DNA from: an uncultured delta proteobacterium
GTDB lineage: Bacteria > Desulfobacterota > Desulfomonilia > Desulfomonilales > Desulfomonilaceae
DNA length: 64,000 nucleotides
Direction of reading: 5' to 3'
Assembly: GCA_963752855.1 (NCBI GenBank)
Contig: CAVVZX010000054.1
Span: 2,154 to 66,153 of the forward strand
Below the pieces are notes generated by a model. The model was not told the origin of the DNA and did no database searches. It worked only from the letters and a program-made list of their open reading frames with translations. Numbering within the stretch: position 1 is the first letter of the stretch; every line of letters begins with the position of its first letter. This document shows, piece after piece, positions 10,201 through 19,965 of the stretch. Both the position numbers and the translations under genes were made by a program.

Positions 10201-11285
10201 AGCCCGGACCAGGTCTTCAGAAAGGGCTGGATTTTCTGCATCTTCTCAGCCAGCTTCGCATAATTGATGTCCATCACTTTCATTTTGTCCAAGCGAGGAA
10301 CTTCCGGGGGCGTTTCAACACCAGGATGCAAGGGGATTTGGGCGCACTCGGCAAAGGCCAATTTGCGCTCCGTCTCCTTGGAAAGTAAATAATCAATCAA
10401 TTTTCTGCCCTGTTCCGGATGCGGGCTGTTTTTTATTAGGACCACAGCATTCGGCAAGATGAGAGATCCGATCCCGTCTTTCCCTTGATCCGGAACCACC
10501 ATTTCTACGGCTTTGCCCTGTTTCATCCGGTTTACGACATCATCGCTATCGACCAGCGAAAAATCAAATTCGCCTGAAGAGACCAAATCAGCGCTTTCCC
10601 CATTGCTACTGGATATTTTAACTTCGATTATCTTTCATTTGATTCATAAATGTTTGGCGCGCGTTCATTTCCCCACAAGGAGAAAAAGCGCAGCCATATA
10701 ATCGGTGGTAGTCCCGAAAACCGGATTGGCGATAACGGTCTTTGCTCGCCAGCGTGGGTCCGCGTAATCGCTAATGGAGCCAGGTTTCTCCTTTAAGCCT
10801 TTTTTCACGAGTAAAACCCTTGCTCGTGCGGAAAATCCGGTCCAGTACCCTTCGGGATCCTTGAATGCCGCGGGGATCTCCGCAGCATTGGGCGATACAT
10901 AACTAGTCGCTATCCCTTTCTCTTTCAGCACCTCCGCTCGGACCACTTCATTAGCCCAGTACACGTCTGCTTGAGGATTATTCTTTTCGGCAATCAATCT
11001 GTTCATGACTCCGGTGCTTTTTGATTCCTCGGTGTCGTATACGGCTTTGACTCTGATCCCGGTTTCTTTTTGAAAATTGTCAAGAATCGGAGCCGCAAAG
11101 ACCTGATCCTCGCTCACGTACACGACGACAATTTGAGCGGCTGAAGAAGCTGCCCAGGCAGGCAAACCGGTCAACCAACTGAGCGCAAGCACGAAGGCGA
11201 TAATCACTTTGTAAGTCAAAGGATACCCCTCCGTAAGCGCCGGAGTTTTCAGGTCATCTTGTACGAGGCGCAGTCTATTCTTCAT
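10197..11285 (-). CDS. Fe3+-type ABC substrate-binding protein (FbpA/AfuA-like), frameshifted
   Basis: Pieces 10665..11285 and 10197..10586, plus short third-frame pieces (WGNERA.., QTFMNQMKDN). Signal peptide ..LSWLTGLPAWAASSAA. Motifs IVVVYVSEDQ, ETGIRVKAVYD and QADVYWANE. Confidence 0.75.
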
Positions 11286-11381
11286 GTCCGTCTCCTCTTG
11301 AGAACAAGGCTAATTCCCGTCCTGGCACAGAAACTCCCGGAATTAGCTCAATTGCATAAAGACATTCCGTAGCGTCGGGAA

Positions 11382-11984
11382 TCACCGTTTTCCGCTTACT
11401 TCCAGGTCGTCGAAATGGCTCTGCGCATCAGATTTGCTCCACAGTCCGATCTTGCCCGCTTCTTTGAACGTAGAATCTTTGGCATCCAGATGCTTCTGGC
11501 CATCCAAATAGCACTGGATGTGGTCCCCGGTCATGGTAACCCGAAGAGCGTGCCATCCTGGAGTAGACTTAACCTTTGCGCCTTTGATTTCCGAACGACG
11601 GCCGTTCACCACGTGATAGAGATTGTAATTATCCTCTAGCGGATTGAAACGGGCCACATAGTAGTTCTTTGCGTCCTTTGCTCTCCACACAATGCCCCCG
11701 CCCTGGTCCGTGCTTCCTGCGATGGCTTTCATCTTCACTGTAATGTCCACGTCTTTATAGTTGGTGTCATTAACAAGAGTTATATTGAACGTCGACCCCG
11801 AACTCTTCGCCAATTGAGCCAACACATTTGGTTTTGACGGCGCGGTGTTATCAGGCGCCACTTCCCATTTGCCCACCTCGTTGGTGAATCCTTTAGCGAT
11901 TTCACCAACTTTATCTTTATCGAAGTTCCACGACATCTTCCCATTTTGGGCTGCGATGCCGCCGGCTATCAATATCAATCCCAA
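11382..11984 (-). CDS. DUF1080/LamG-like beta-jelly-roll domain protein
   Basis: 200-aa ORF (TTG start; an out-of-frame ATG at about 11999 suggests another indel). The segment W..APDN...VLAQL...YKDVDITVKMKA..GGGIVWRAKD.NYY..R....N..LY.V..G.R resembles the DUF1080 3-keto-disaccharide hydrolase fold. Confidence 0.55.
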   Translation of the reverse strand: MGLILIAGGIAAQNGKMSWNFDKDKVGEIAKGFTNEVGKWEVAPDNTAPSKPNVLAQLAKSSGSTFNITLVNDTNYKDVDITVKMKAIAGSTDQGGGIVWRAKDAKNYYVARFNPLEDNYNLYHVVNGRRSEIKGAKVKSTPGWHALRVTMTGDHIQCYLDGQKHLDAKDSTFKEAGKIGLWSKSDAQSHFDDLEVSGKR

Positions 11985-12126
11985 GAGCGAAAATCATATC
12001 ATCTATCTTGTTCTCGCATGATATGCTCGATCCCTCTTTCATGTTTTAGGAAATTGAGTCGTCGTAAGCGATCCTGCAGCCGCTACCTCGTAGGATTCTG
12101 TCAGGCTTGAAAGGGTCCTGCGCGCT

Positions 12127-13035
12127 TCAATTGCCGTCGCTCAATTTAAGTGGCCCCTTGGCCTTATCAAATGCAGTTCGGACTACTTGAGCGAGTTTCT
12201 CCGCAGGACCCGTTCCCCAGTAATGGAGGAAGAACACTCTCGGCTGCTCATCCAACATATGGTTGTGAACCGCAACTATCTCGATGCCACCTTTTCTAAA
12301 CGCCTGTATCACCGGATTGACTTCCATAGCGGACATGACGACATCGCCCGCTACATGCGCCTTTTCATTGGTTCCTACAAATCCGGCCCAGGAATTCAGC
12401 CCCATACTCGAGGTTAGTTCCACCCCGTGCATTTTCACTCCAGGCCGACCCACCGTGATCTTGAAGGAACCACCAGCGGCCTTACCGGGATGTCCAATGA
12501 TTTGTTCGATTTTCTTCGTGTCCAGATTTAGGGCCGGCTCAGCGCCTCCGGATGAGCCTGGGCTCGGGTGAGGAGTGGCCGTTTTATCTAAAGCATTTCT
12601 GATGCCGTGGGCCAGCTTTGTTGGGTCTCCCATTCCGCCAATGTGCATAAACATGATGCGAGGCTGCTCATAGAAGAAATGGTTATGCAAAGCGGTCACC
12701 TGGATATTTGCCTCCTCAAGAGCCGAGATTACGGGATTTACCTCCTTTTCCAGCAGTACCAGATCGCCCATTACCATTGTTTCCTTGCCCATGTCCTTCC
12801 AGGCGGTCCAGGAACCGAAGCCAAGGGCAGTGGGCATAGGCTCACCTTCGATGGATACTTTGATGTCGCTGCGTCCAAAACGAACGACAAAAGCCCCTTC
12901 GTCCATTTGCCCGGGAAATCCCAAAATTTTCTCGACTTCTTTGAAATCAGCAGTGGCAGGAGCGGAGATTAACATCGACAACGGCAAGGCAACTAATACC
13001 GATAGAAACATTAAACGCTTCAACAATTTGGCCAT
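12127..13035 (-). CDS. DUF1259 (LppY/LpqO-like) domain protein, exported
   Basis: Start moved to ATG 13035 (MAKLLKRLMFLSVLVALPLSMLISAPATA), which has a GGGGGA SD-like stretch upstream. Internal duplication with the twin motifs TALHNHFFYEQPRIMFMHIGGMGDP and VAVHNHMLDEQPRVFFLHYWGTGP. Confidence 0.7.
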   Translation of the reverse strand: MAKLLKRLMFLSVLVALPLSMLISAPATADFKEVEKILGFPGQMDEGAFVVRFGRSDIKVSIEGEPMPTALGFGSWTAWKDMGKETMVMGDLVLLEKEVNPVISALEEANIQVTALHNHFFYEQPRIMFMHIGGMGDPTKLAHGIRNALDKTATPHPSPGSSGGAEPALNLDTKKIEQIIGHPGKAAGGSFKITVGRPGVKMHGVELTSSMGLNSWAGFVGTNEKAHVAGDVVMSAMEVNPVIQAFRKGGIEIVAVHNHMLDEQPRVFFLHYWGTGPAEKLAQVVRTAFDKAKGPLKLSDGN

Positions 13036-13154
13036 AATTAATTTCCCCCTTTTTCCAATCAATTCGGTGTCTCCATTCGCAGACGTTTCATCAATAAGCG
13101 AGGAGACTATGCGGTCTATGAGTTCCGAACCGGATTTTAAGTTCCGGGAACAGA

Positions 13155-14571
13155 TCACGACATTCCTCGGAGAAACAAATGGTATAAGATCCCCAGGACC
13201 GCGCTGCCTCCTATGGTTTGAATCACTCCTAATTTGAAACGGAAAATCGCCAACATCGCAAAAATCGCGATCAACAGCGTCGGCATATTGATAGTATTCC
13301 AAAGCGGGATCTGTAGGTGGGCCCCTAGGATATACACATCTCGGATAGAACCAAACACGGTGTGCAGAGCGAACCAGACTGCCAGGTTGAGAACTACCCC
13401 CACTATGGCCGCAGTTATCGAGGACATCACCGTGTTCAAAGACTTGTTGCCTCTCAATGCTTCAACATACGGTCCTCCGACAAGTACCCAGAGGAAACAC
13501 GGGACAAACGTTGCCCAAGTTGTCAGCGTCGCTCCGAGACATCCCTGCCATCATCGGATCCAAACCTCCGGAGTTGCGGAAGGCCGCCAGAAACCCGACG
13601 AACGGTAAGACGAGAATAAGGGGTCCTGGCGTGGTCTCAGCCAATCCTAGCCCCTCCAGCATCTCTCCGGGTGTGACCCAGTTGTAGGTTTCCACCGCTT
13701 GCTGGGCCACATACGCCAATACGGCATAGGCCCCGCCAAAGGTCACGACGGCCGCTTTGCTGAAGAATGTCGCTTCCTGGAAATAGACACTTTCGGATCC
13801 CAGGAAGATCAGAATAAGGGCTATGGGGCCAAACCAGATGATTGTCCAGCTAACGGTCACTACGAAAGCTCGGGAAACAGAAGGCCGCACGTGTTCCAGC
13901 GCGTGCCGGTCAAGCAATTGATCTAGGACAGGGGAATCACCTGGGTCTGAGCTAGTCGCTTGCCCTTGGTTTACTTCGAAAGCTTCCGGTCTGAAGCGTC
14001 CTCCCACATATCCGATGATCGCCGCCGAGAGAACGATCAAAGGAAAGGGCATTGAAAAAAAGAAGATGGCGATGAAGGACAAACCGGCTATTACTCTCAT
14101 GAAGTTGTTCGTCAGCACCCTTTTTCCTATGCGCAGAACAGCTTCTATGACTACAGCCAGAACAGCGGGTTTCAAGCCGAAAAAGAGCCACTGCACGACG
14201 CTCAGGCCCTGATAACCTGCGTACAAGACGCTCAACACAAGCATGAAAAGAAAACCGGGAAGCACGAAAAGTGTCCCGGCCACAATCCCTCCCCTCGTCT
14301 TGTGCAGCAACCATCCGATATATATCGCCAATTGCTGCGCTTCAGGACCGGGAAGAAGCATGCAATAATTCAGGGCATGGAGAAAGCGGCTCTCACTTAT
14401 CCACCGTTTCTCTTCAACCAGATATCTGTGCATGACCGCAATCTGGCCGACAGGACCTCCAAAACTGTTTAAAGCCACTTTAACCCAAACCCAAAATGCT
14501 TCTCTGAAAGAAGGAAGGTTCCTGGGCATGCCTTCACAGAGGGTTCTCTTTCTGACCGTCCGAGATATCAT
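13155..14571 (-). CDS. chrA: chromate ion transporter ChrA (CHR family), frameshifted near 13460-13620
   Basis: Pieces 13462..14571 and 13155..13457, with the connecting segment in the third frame. N-terminal LNSFGGPVGQIAVMH and repeated ..TFGGAYAVLAYV.. are CHR-domain signatures. Polytopic. Confidence 0.75.
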
Positions 14572-14627
14572 TCGTTGTTGTCAATCCATACCTTCACTTT
14601 GCGGCTATTGCTCGGAGGGGATTTCTC

Positions 14628-15068
14628 TTAAACCTTTTCCACCTGCGCTTGGCGCCATGCGTAGAGAGCGTCATACATGGGGGTTTCCAGTTCAATTTTC
14701 TTGTGGTCATCCAATCCGAAAAGGATAGCGAACCCGTGAGCTATTGCTTTTAGACCGGCCCCCTGAGGAGATGTCTCAACATCGGCAGACACATCCGCAG
14801 CATGAACAATCTTTGCCATCTCAACCAATGCAGGATCGGCCATAAGCCCATACTTGAGCATGACGCTCTCAAAGGAACAACGCCCTTCAACGTGTCCCAG
14901 TTCTACTCCCGGAACATCATACGGGGTTGCTCCTTCTCGTTCGGCCGTAGAAATGACCTGCTCCTTCGGCACGAAAAGAAATTCCGCGTCCTTGTCTATG
15001 AATCGCCTGATGAGCCACGGGCAGGCGATGCGGTCCACGTTTGCATTCTCCCTAGTTATCCATTTCAT
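14628..15068 (-). CDS. stand-alone ChrB C-terminal-domain protein
   Basis: 146 aa. WITRENANVDRIACPWLIRRFIDKDAEFLFV parallels WVTRKGIYVDRIASAWFIRRFIDPDGGFKFV in the chrB gene at 15873..16855. 4-nt overlap with the rhodanese gene. Confidence 0.7.
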   Translation of the reverse strand: MKWITRENANVDRIACPWLIRRFIDKDAEFLFVPKEQVISTAEREGATPYDVPGVELGHVEGRCSFESVMLKYGLMADPALVEMAKIVHAADVSADVETSPQGAGLKAIAHGFAILFGLDDHKKIELETPMYDALYAWRQAQVEKV

Positions 15069-15406
15069 TTGTCCTCCCCCTCCGGCTCGCCAAGTTCCGC
15101 CCAGGCTTTGATACCACCCTCAAGAAACCGGACATCTGGGTGACTCTGCTGAAGCCGGTCCGCGACTGATTGACTGACAGCGCCACCTTTGACACAGTAG
15201 ACGACAACCAGCCGGTCTCGGGGGATCTCGTCACTCCATTCGTCGACCTTCTCCGGATCACGCCAGACACCGCTGCCGATGGTTTGAGGCGCAGCTTCGT
15301 AATCGGCCTTTCTCCTCACATCCAAGAGGACCACTTCCGGATCGTTTTCCAGGAGAGCTTTCAATTCTTTGGATGTGATCGAATTGGCCATTTTCCTGAT
15401 ACCCAT
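15065..15406 (-). CDS. rhodanese-like domain protein
   Basis: 113 aa. ..VVLLDVRRKADYE.. and the active-site-loop region VVYCVKGGAVS are typical of single-domain rhodaneses. Confidence 0.75.
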   Translation of the reverse strand: MGIRKMANSITSKELKALLENDPEVVLLDVRRKADYEAAPQTIGSGVWRDPEKVDEWSDEIPRDRLVVVYCVKGGAVSQSVADRLQQSHPDVRFLEGGIKAWAELGEPEGEDK

Positions 15407-15455
15407 GCGACATGAGATTAGCTGCGGAGCCAGCCATAAGGGATTAGGCCTTCCC

Positions 15456-15608
15456 TTACGGTACTGGAGGCTCGTGCTCCTTACAGAACGGGGCCTCTCC
15501 CATCACCGGCATGTTGCAGACTTTGCACAACGATCTTCTTACCGGATCGTGGATATCGTGCACAGGCTTCTCCAGTGGTCGGATCGGTAGCCACTTTTTC
15601 TTGCTCAT
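15456..15608 (-). CDS. small Cys-containing (zinc-ribbon-like) protein, 50 aa as written
   Basis: MSKKKWLPIRPLEKPVHDIHDPVRRSLCKVCNMPVMGEAPFCKEHEPPVP (CxxC...CxxH). It has no SD of its own. A strong AAGGAGG plus ATG at 15631 is one base out of frame across an A8 run, so the true CDS may be 15456..15631+1. Confidence 0.45.
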   Translation of the reverse strand: MSKKKWLPIRPLEKPVHDIHDPVRRSLCKVCNMPVMGEAPFCKEHEPPVP

Positions 15609-15872
15609 CGGAATTCTTTTTTTTCGGTCATGATAACAACCTCCTTGATTAGTCCTTACAGACTTTAGATGCCTACAGATCCTGCCGGGTTCATTGGCCG
15701 GGATTTGACGAATTACTTACGATGACTTCCTTGCATTCCCAACAAATCCTTCCAGCCGAGCCGGAACCGACTGCTTTCAGCTCATTTTTCAGCGACGACA
15801 TATTGATACGCTCTTGACATTAAGATACAGCTGTATCATGATACTGTCAAGTGTTACATAACAGAGGACCTC

Positions 15873-16855
15873 ATGAACCAATGCCCACAACCCCGATGGC
15901 TACTCCTGATCCACCAGATTCCACCCAAACCCGCTTACTTTAGGGTAAAGATTTGGCGCAGACTCCAGAGTCTGGGAGCAGTCGCGGTCAAAAATTCCGT
16001 CTACGTAATTCCAAGGACTGACCAGACCCTCGAAGATTTCCATTGGGTGCTCCGTGAGATCGTGCAAGGCGGTGGAGAGGCGTCTATCTGTGAAGCGGGC
16101 TTTGTAGAAGGATTAGCCGACGAACAGATTGAGGGGCTTTTCCAGGCAGCGAGAGACACAGATTACACACAGATCGCTGATGATGCACGGGTGCTGCTTG
16201 GTTCTCTTCCTGCCTCAGGCTCTTCTTTCGGGATGACCGGATTGCCGAATTGTCTTCGCACCTGGCTCGACTCAAGCGACGTCTCGCGGGAGTGATCGCC
16301 CTTGATTTCTTTAAAGCGCCGGCACGTGAAGAAGTTGAGAACTTGATAGCGGAAATCGAATCCAGGCACAAGGACGCGGAACAGCGGCTTGTGGAGCAAA
16401 ATGAGGAACCTGCAAAAGCTGATCTTGGGGGAATAACAGGTAGGACATGGGTAACGCGGAAGGGCATTTACGTGGACCGCATAGCAAGCGCGTGGTTTAT
16501 CCGTCGATTTATCGATCCCGACGGTGGCTTCAAATTCGTCGACCAATAAAGGTTACAGGCCAAGGGCCGGAGAGCTACGGTTTGACATGTTCGAAGGTGA
16601 GTTCACACATGAAGGTGACCAGTGCACCTTCGAGGTGTTGAGCAAGCGCTTCGCAGCCGATGATCCGGCGCTTGTCGAGATAGGCAAAGTGATTCACGAC
16701 CTGGATTAAAGGATGCAAAGTTTAAGAAACTCGAAACTCCAGGAATAGGAGGACTTATTGATGGGCTGGCGTCCGCCCACGAATCGGACGAGGAGCGGAT
16801 AGAGCGAGGCAGCGCAATATTTGACGACCTATATGAGTATTTCCGGCGCAAATAA
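15873..16855 (+). pseudogene. chrB: chromate resistance regulator ChrB, broken into at least 4 frame pieces
   Basis: N-terminal domain RWLLLIHQIPPKPAYFRVKIWRRLQSLGAVAVKNSVYVIP (15873..16295). It continues in 16250..16549 and 16524..16709, then a further frame reads LKDAKFKKLETPGIGGLIDGL...IFDDLYEYFRRK and ends at 16855. Confidence 0.7.
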
Positions 16856-16862
16856 AGGATAG

Positions 16863-17156
16863 ATGATACCGACCATCAAGCAGCACGCTGAGGCAAGCAG
16901 GAAAAGGACGGGCAAGGACTATGGGGAGTTGCACGAATGGATGGATGCTAATCCGAGGAAAAAGGAGGAGCGTCACGACATCGGCAGGATTTACGAGTAC
17001 GGAAAGATGATGGAGGAGAAATATGGGCCGGAAGGGCTTCAAGAATATTTTCAGCACATTCGCGACGATTTCATTGCTAGTTTCAATCATGTCGAAGAGG
17101 ATGTTGATGAAGCCATCGCGAAAACCTTACCTTATTTCGGGATGAAATCACGTTGA
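16863..17156 (+). CDS. conserved-looking hypothetical protein downstream of chrB
   Basis: 97-aa ORF starting 7 nt after the chrB stop. Charged, His/Glu-rich (HAEASRKRTGKDYGELHEWMD...). No family assigned with confidence. Confidence 0.5.
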   Translation: MIPTIKQHAEASRKRTGKDYGELHEWMDANPRKKEERHDIGRIYEYGKMMEEKYGPEGLQEYFQHIRDDFIASFNHVEEDVDEAIAKTLPYFGMKSR

Positions 17157-17187
17157 TACCCCCCAAAACCAAAAGAGAGCGCGAACA

Positions 17188-18488
17188 ATGAGCAAACCTT
17201 TAGCGGATGCCCTGACAGATACCGCAATTGGCATTGGCATGAACAGGGGTCTCGCCACGACGTTCAATGGGCTGTGTTCTGTCGGTTTTCTGCGCGGGCA
17301 TCCTACGCTCTGGCCCGGACGCCGGTGCTTGCGCTCTTTGCTGCCTCCCTAGGGGCCGGCCCCGAGGCCATCGGCTTCGCAGTCGCAATTTCCACAGTCA
17401 CCGGGATCTTTTTCAAGATGCCTGCAGGAGTTCTGTCCGATGTGATAGGCAGGACTCGAACTCTTTTCATGGGATTAGCTGTATTCGCTGTAGTGCCTTT
17501 TGCATATCTCTGGGTGTCCTCGTACGAGGCTCTAGTAGTGGTTCGATTTTTCCACGGTTTTGCAACGGCCATCTATGGACCCGTCGCCATGGCCGTGATC
17601 GTAGGAATCGCCGGGGACAAGCGCGCAGAAATGCTTTCCTGGTTTTCCTCCATCACCATCATAGGAAACCTGATAGGCGCTCCTTTGGGGGGGCTTATCT
17701 TGACTTGGTTATCCGGTGGCGGCGAGCATCAACTCAGGCATTTCCACATCGTATACGGAGTAGTGGCCGGCCTGGGTATGGCATCTCTGCTAATTGCTTT
17801 ATGGGTGTTGCGCGGTCAATCGGAGCCAGCGACTCATGGCGATGGTCGGACCCTGAGGGCATTGTTCGAACAGTTTCGAACCGGTGTCCGAGAAATCCTT
17901 CTGGATCGCCGCGTGCTGGTCACCAGTAATATGGAAGGGGTTCAGAATCTGTCAGTGGGGGCGCTGGAGGCTTTTCTGCCGATTTATGCCGTTATTATCT
18001 GCGGATTCAGTCCATTTCAGGCAGGATTGTTATGGGGGATTCAAATCGCGGCCACAGTTGCTTCCAAACCCATTATGGGGAGGTTTTCCGACCGTTACGG
18101 ACGGGCGCAATTCTTATTTTGGGGGATGTTTGTTTGTGCGGTCCCGTTTGCATTGATACCCTGGTTTCAGGATTTCGGAATTCTTATGGTTCTGGCCGCT
18201 ATCTTCGGGTTAGGGGAGGCTGTGGTAACGTCCTCCGCAGCCGCTCTAGTCGCAGACTTCTGTAGAGAAGACCATCTTGGATCTGCCATGGGAACTTTCG
18301 GGACAATTTTTGATGTCGGACACGCCTCGGGCCCACTCTTGGCAGGTGTGCTTATAGGCCTTACGGGCGGTGGAACCGATTATCGGATGTCATTCTTTGT
18401 CGTGGCCGTGCTTTTGATTTTGGCCGCCATGCTTTTCCGGATGTCCTTGCCCATCCGGGGCAATACAGGAAATGGAGCAGTAGTGTAA
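17188..18488 (+). CDS. MFS transporter, frameshift near 17275
   Basis: ATG 17188 (MSKPLADALTDTAIGIGMNRGLATTFNGL..) runs into the 404-aa ORF 17274..18488 in another frame. About 12 hydrophobic spans, with an MFS loop-like GRFSDRYGR motif. Confidence 0.75.
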
Positions 18489-18527
18489 GTTGAATTCGGT
18501 TCGCTTTGTTGAAATAGCTGACGAGGA

Positions 18528-18562
18528 GCGGGGCGAGTTACTCATCGTAAGTCTCGCCCCGC
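18528..18562. terminator. GC-rich hairpin between the convergent MFS and dksA-like genes
   Basis: gcggggcgag (18528-18537) pairs with ctcgccccgc (18553-18562), a perfect 10-bp stem around a 15-nt loop. It has no clean U-tract, so it is tentative as a bidirectional terminator. Confidence 0.45.
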
Positions 18563-18593
18563 ATTCTAAACCAAGAAAATCGCGCAGGAAGGT

Positions 18594-19229
18594 CTATTCT
18601 TCAAAAGCCCGGGCGTAGCCGGATTCCGAAGGCTCTTCCCGCCAATGGCCGCCTCTTAGAGACTGGTCATCTCTGAATTTCTCGTACTGATCGAATTCTT
18701 CTTGGCATTTGACGCACAGTTTAGCCGCGGGAAAGAGCCGTAGGCGTTGCTCAGGGATCGGCTCGCCACAGTCCTCACAAATTCCATACTCGCCGTGCTT
18801 AATCCTCTCCAGGGCCTCTTCGATCTCTTTAATTTGTTTATGTTGCCGCATCGAGATCCTTGCATCCAAATCTCTGGAGATCTCACCTGTGGCCAAATCG
18901 ATTTCGTCTCCCTTTTCTATGGCATCGATGCTTCTTTCGACCTTCATGGACGCCAGTTGTTCCAACAGCACCTGTCTGGGATTAAATGCCCCCGACGGTC
19001 GAGCAGCAGGTTTTGGCGCTTCTTCGACTGTTTTAGGAGCTATGACAGGTTCCTCCACCTTTGCGCTGGTTTTGGATTCGGCTCGCTTCAAGGCCCCGCG
19101 GTCAACTATCCGATAATAATTCTTTCCATCTTCAACTCTTCTCTCGATCTGGCCTTTAAGCACTTTGCCACGGACACTGTTCGGAACTATGCCTAACTCT
19201 TCCGATATTTGTTCACGGGTCATCCACAT
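18594..19229 (-). CDS. DksA/TraR-family C4 zinc-finger protein with a long N-terminal extension
   Basis: C-terminal GICEDCGEPIPEQRLRLFPAAKLCVKCQ (CxxC-N17-CxxC) preceded by a coiled-coil-like region. It has about 60 extra N-terminal residues (MTREQISEELGIVPNSVRGKVLKGQIERR..) that look HTH-like. Confidence 0.75.
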   Translation of the reverse strand: MWMTREQISEELGIVPNSVRGKVLKGQIERRVEDGKNYYRIVDRGALKRAESKTSAKVEEPVIAPKTVEEAPKPAARPSGAFNPRQVLLEQLASMKVERSIDAIEKGDEIDLATGEISRDLDARISMRQHKQIKEIEEALERIKHGEYGICEDCGEPIPEQRLRLFPAAKLCVKCQEEFDQYEKFRDDQSLRGGHWREEPSESGYARAFEE

Positions 19230-19893
19230 GATAATTTGCTCCTTCTAACACCCTTCGTCCAGGTTTAATAATCACTCGGAGGGCCTGGGGCAAGAGTCCG
19301 CCGTGAAAAATACGAACCTTGTGTCCCAATAGCCCCGACCGCCGCCTTGCATCGCCAACTGGCTGTAATAACAGTTAATAGCGTACCGGGGGTTCGACAG
19401 AATTCCGGAAGAGAGTGATAAAATACTTCCGTCCCGTGGCAACCCTCCGGCTCGACTTCGAAAAAGCGCTCTAGGAGCGCGAATCAGGCGCGCGTATGTA
19501 CGCGTCTTCCGCGAAACTGTCAATCTTTTTCTGCCGCAGCCGCCAGTAAATGACAAAAATAACTGCGATATTGTTTGCTTAGATATAAGCTTCAGTGACA
19601 CAAATCATGACGCAAAAACAAGCTGCTCGGTGTCATAAAAACTTCTAATTCTAATTGCTCCGGCCGCCGGATTGTATAAGATATATATAGTAAGCGTTCA
19701 CCGGAATAAGCGTAATGGCTTGAAATTACGATGGGCAAGCGGTCCATCCTCATCGGGCGCCGAGTCGCCTCAAGAACGGTGAGCTACAAAGATATGTGCC
19801 ACAACTGGTTGCAAAACCTCTATGAGGAGGAGAAAATGTTGGGTCATTTTGTATGAACAATTCGCTGAGCCACCCGATATCAGCGTGCTTGTC

Positions 19894-19944
19894 GGAGCGC
19901 CCCCCACCGCATTACAACGCGATGTCGGGCTTTTGCAGCCAGTT
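19894..19944. repeat. half copy of the MITE-like element found at 60402..60535 (inverted)
   Basis: gcgccccccaccgcattacaacgcgatgtcgggcttttgcagccagtt matches the reverse complement of 60402-60450 (cgaagcgcccctactgctttacaacgcgatgtcggggttttgcaaccagtt). It lies just 5' of the pcm start. Confidence 0.75.
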
Positions 19945-19965
19945 TTAGGAGAGTGTTACGATTCC

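Noticed and set aside
12127-13302. Long N-terminal extensions of listed ORFs: 12127..13302, 7959..8687, 19822..20613, 22699..23904 and 55460..55843.
   Set aside because: Internal ATGs with good SD sequences coincide with signal peptides or family N-termini. The extensions overlap upstream genes or repeat elements.
19230-19820. 590-bp intergenic region, including ORF 19272..19601, examined for a 6S-like or other structured RNA. cggaggg at 19276 can pair with ccctccg at 19443.
   Set aside because: Only a 7-bp closing helix could be drawn by eye. The flanking bases did not extend it, and no known RNA signature was found. The ORF has no SD and odd composition. It is worth an Rfam scan but unsupported.
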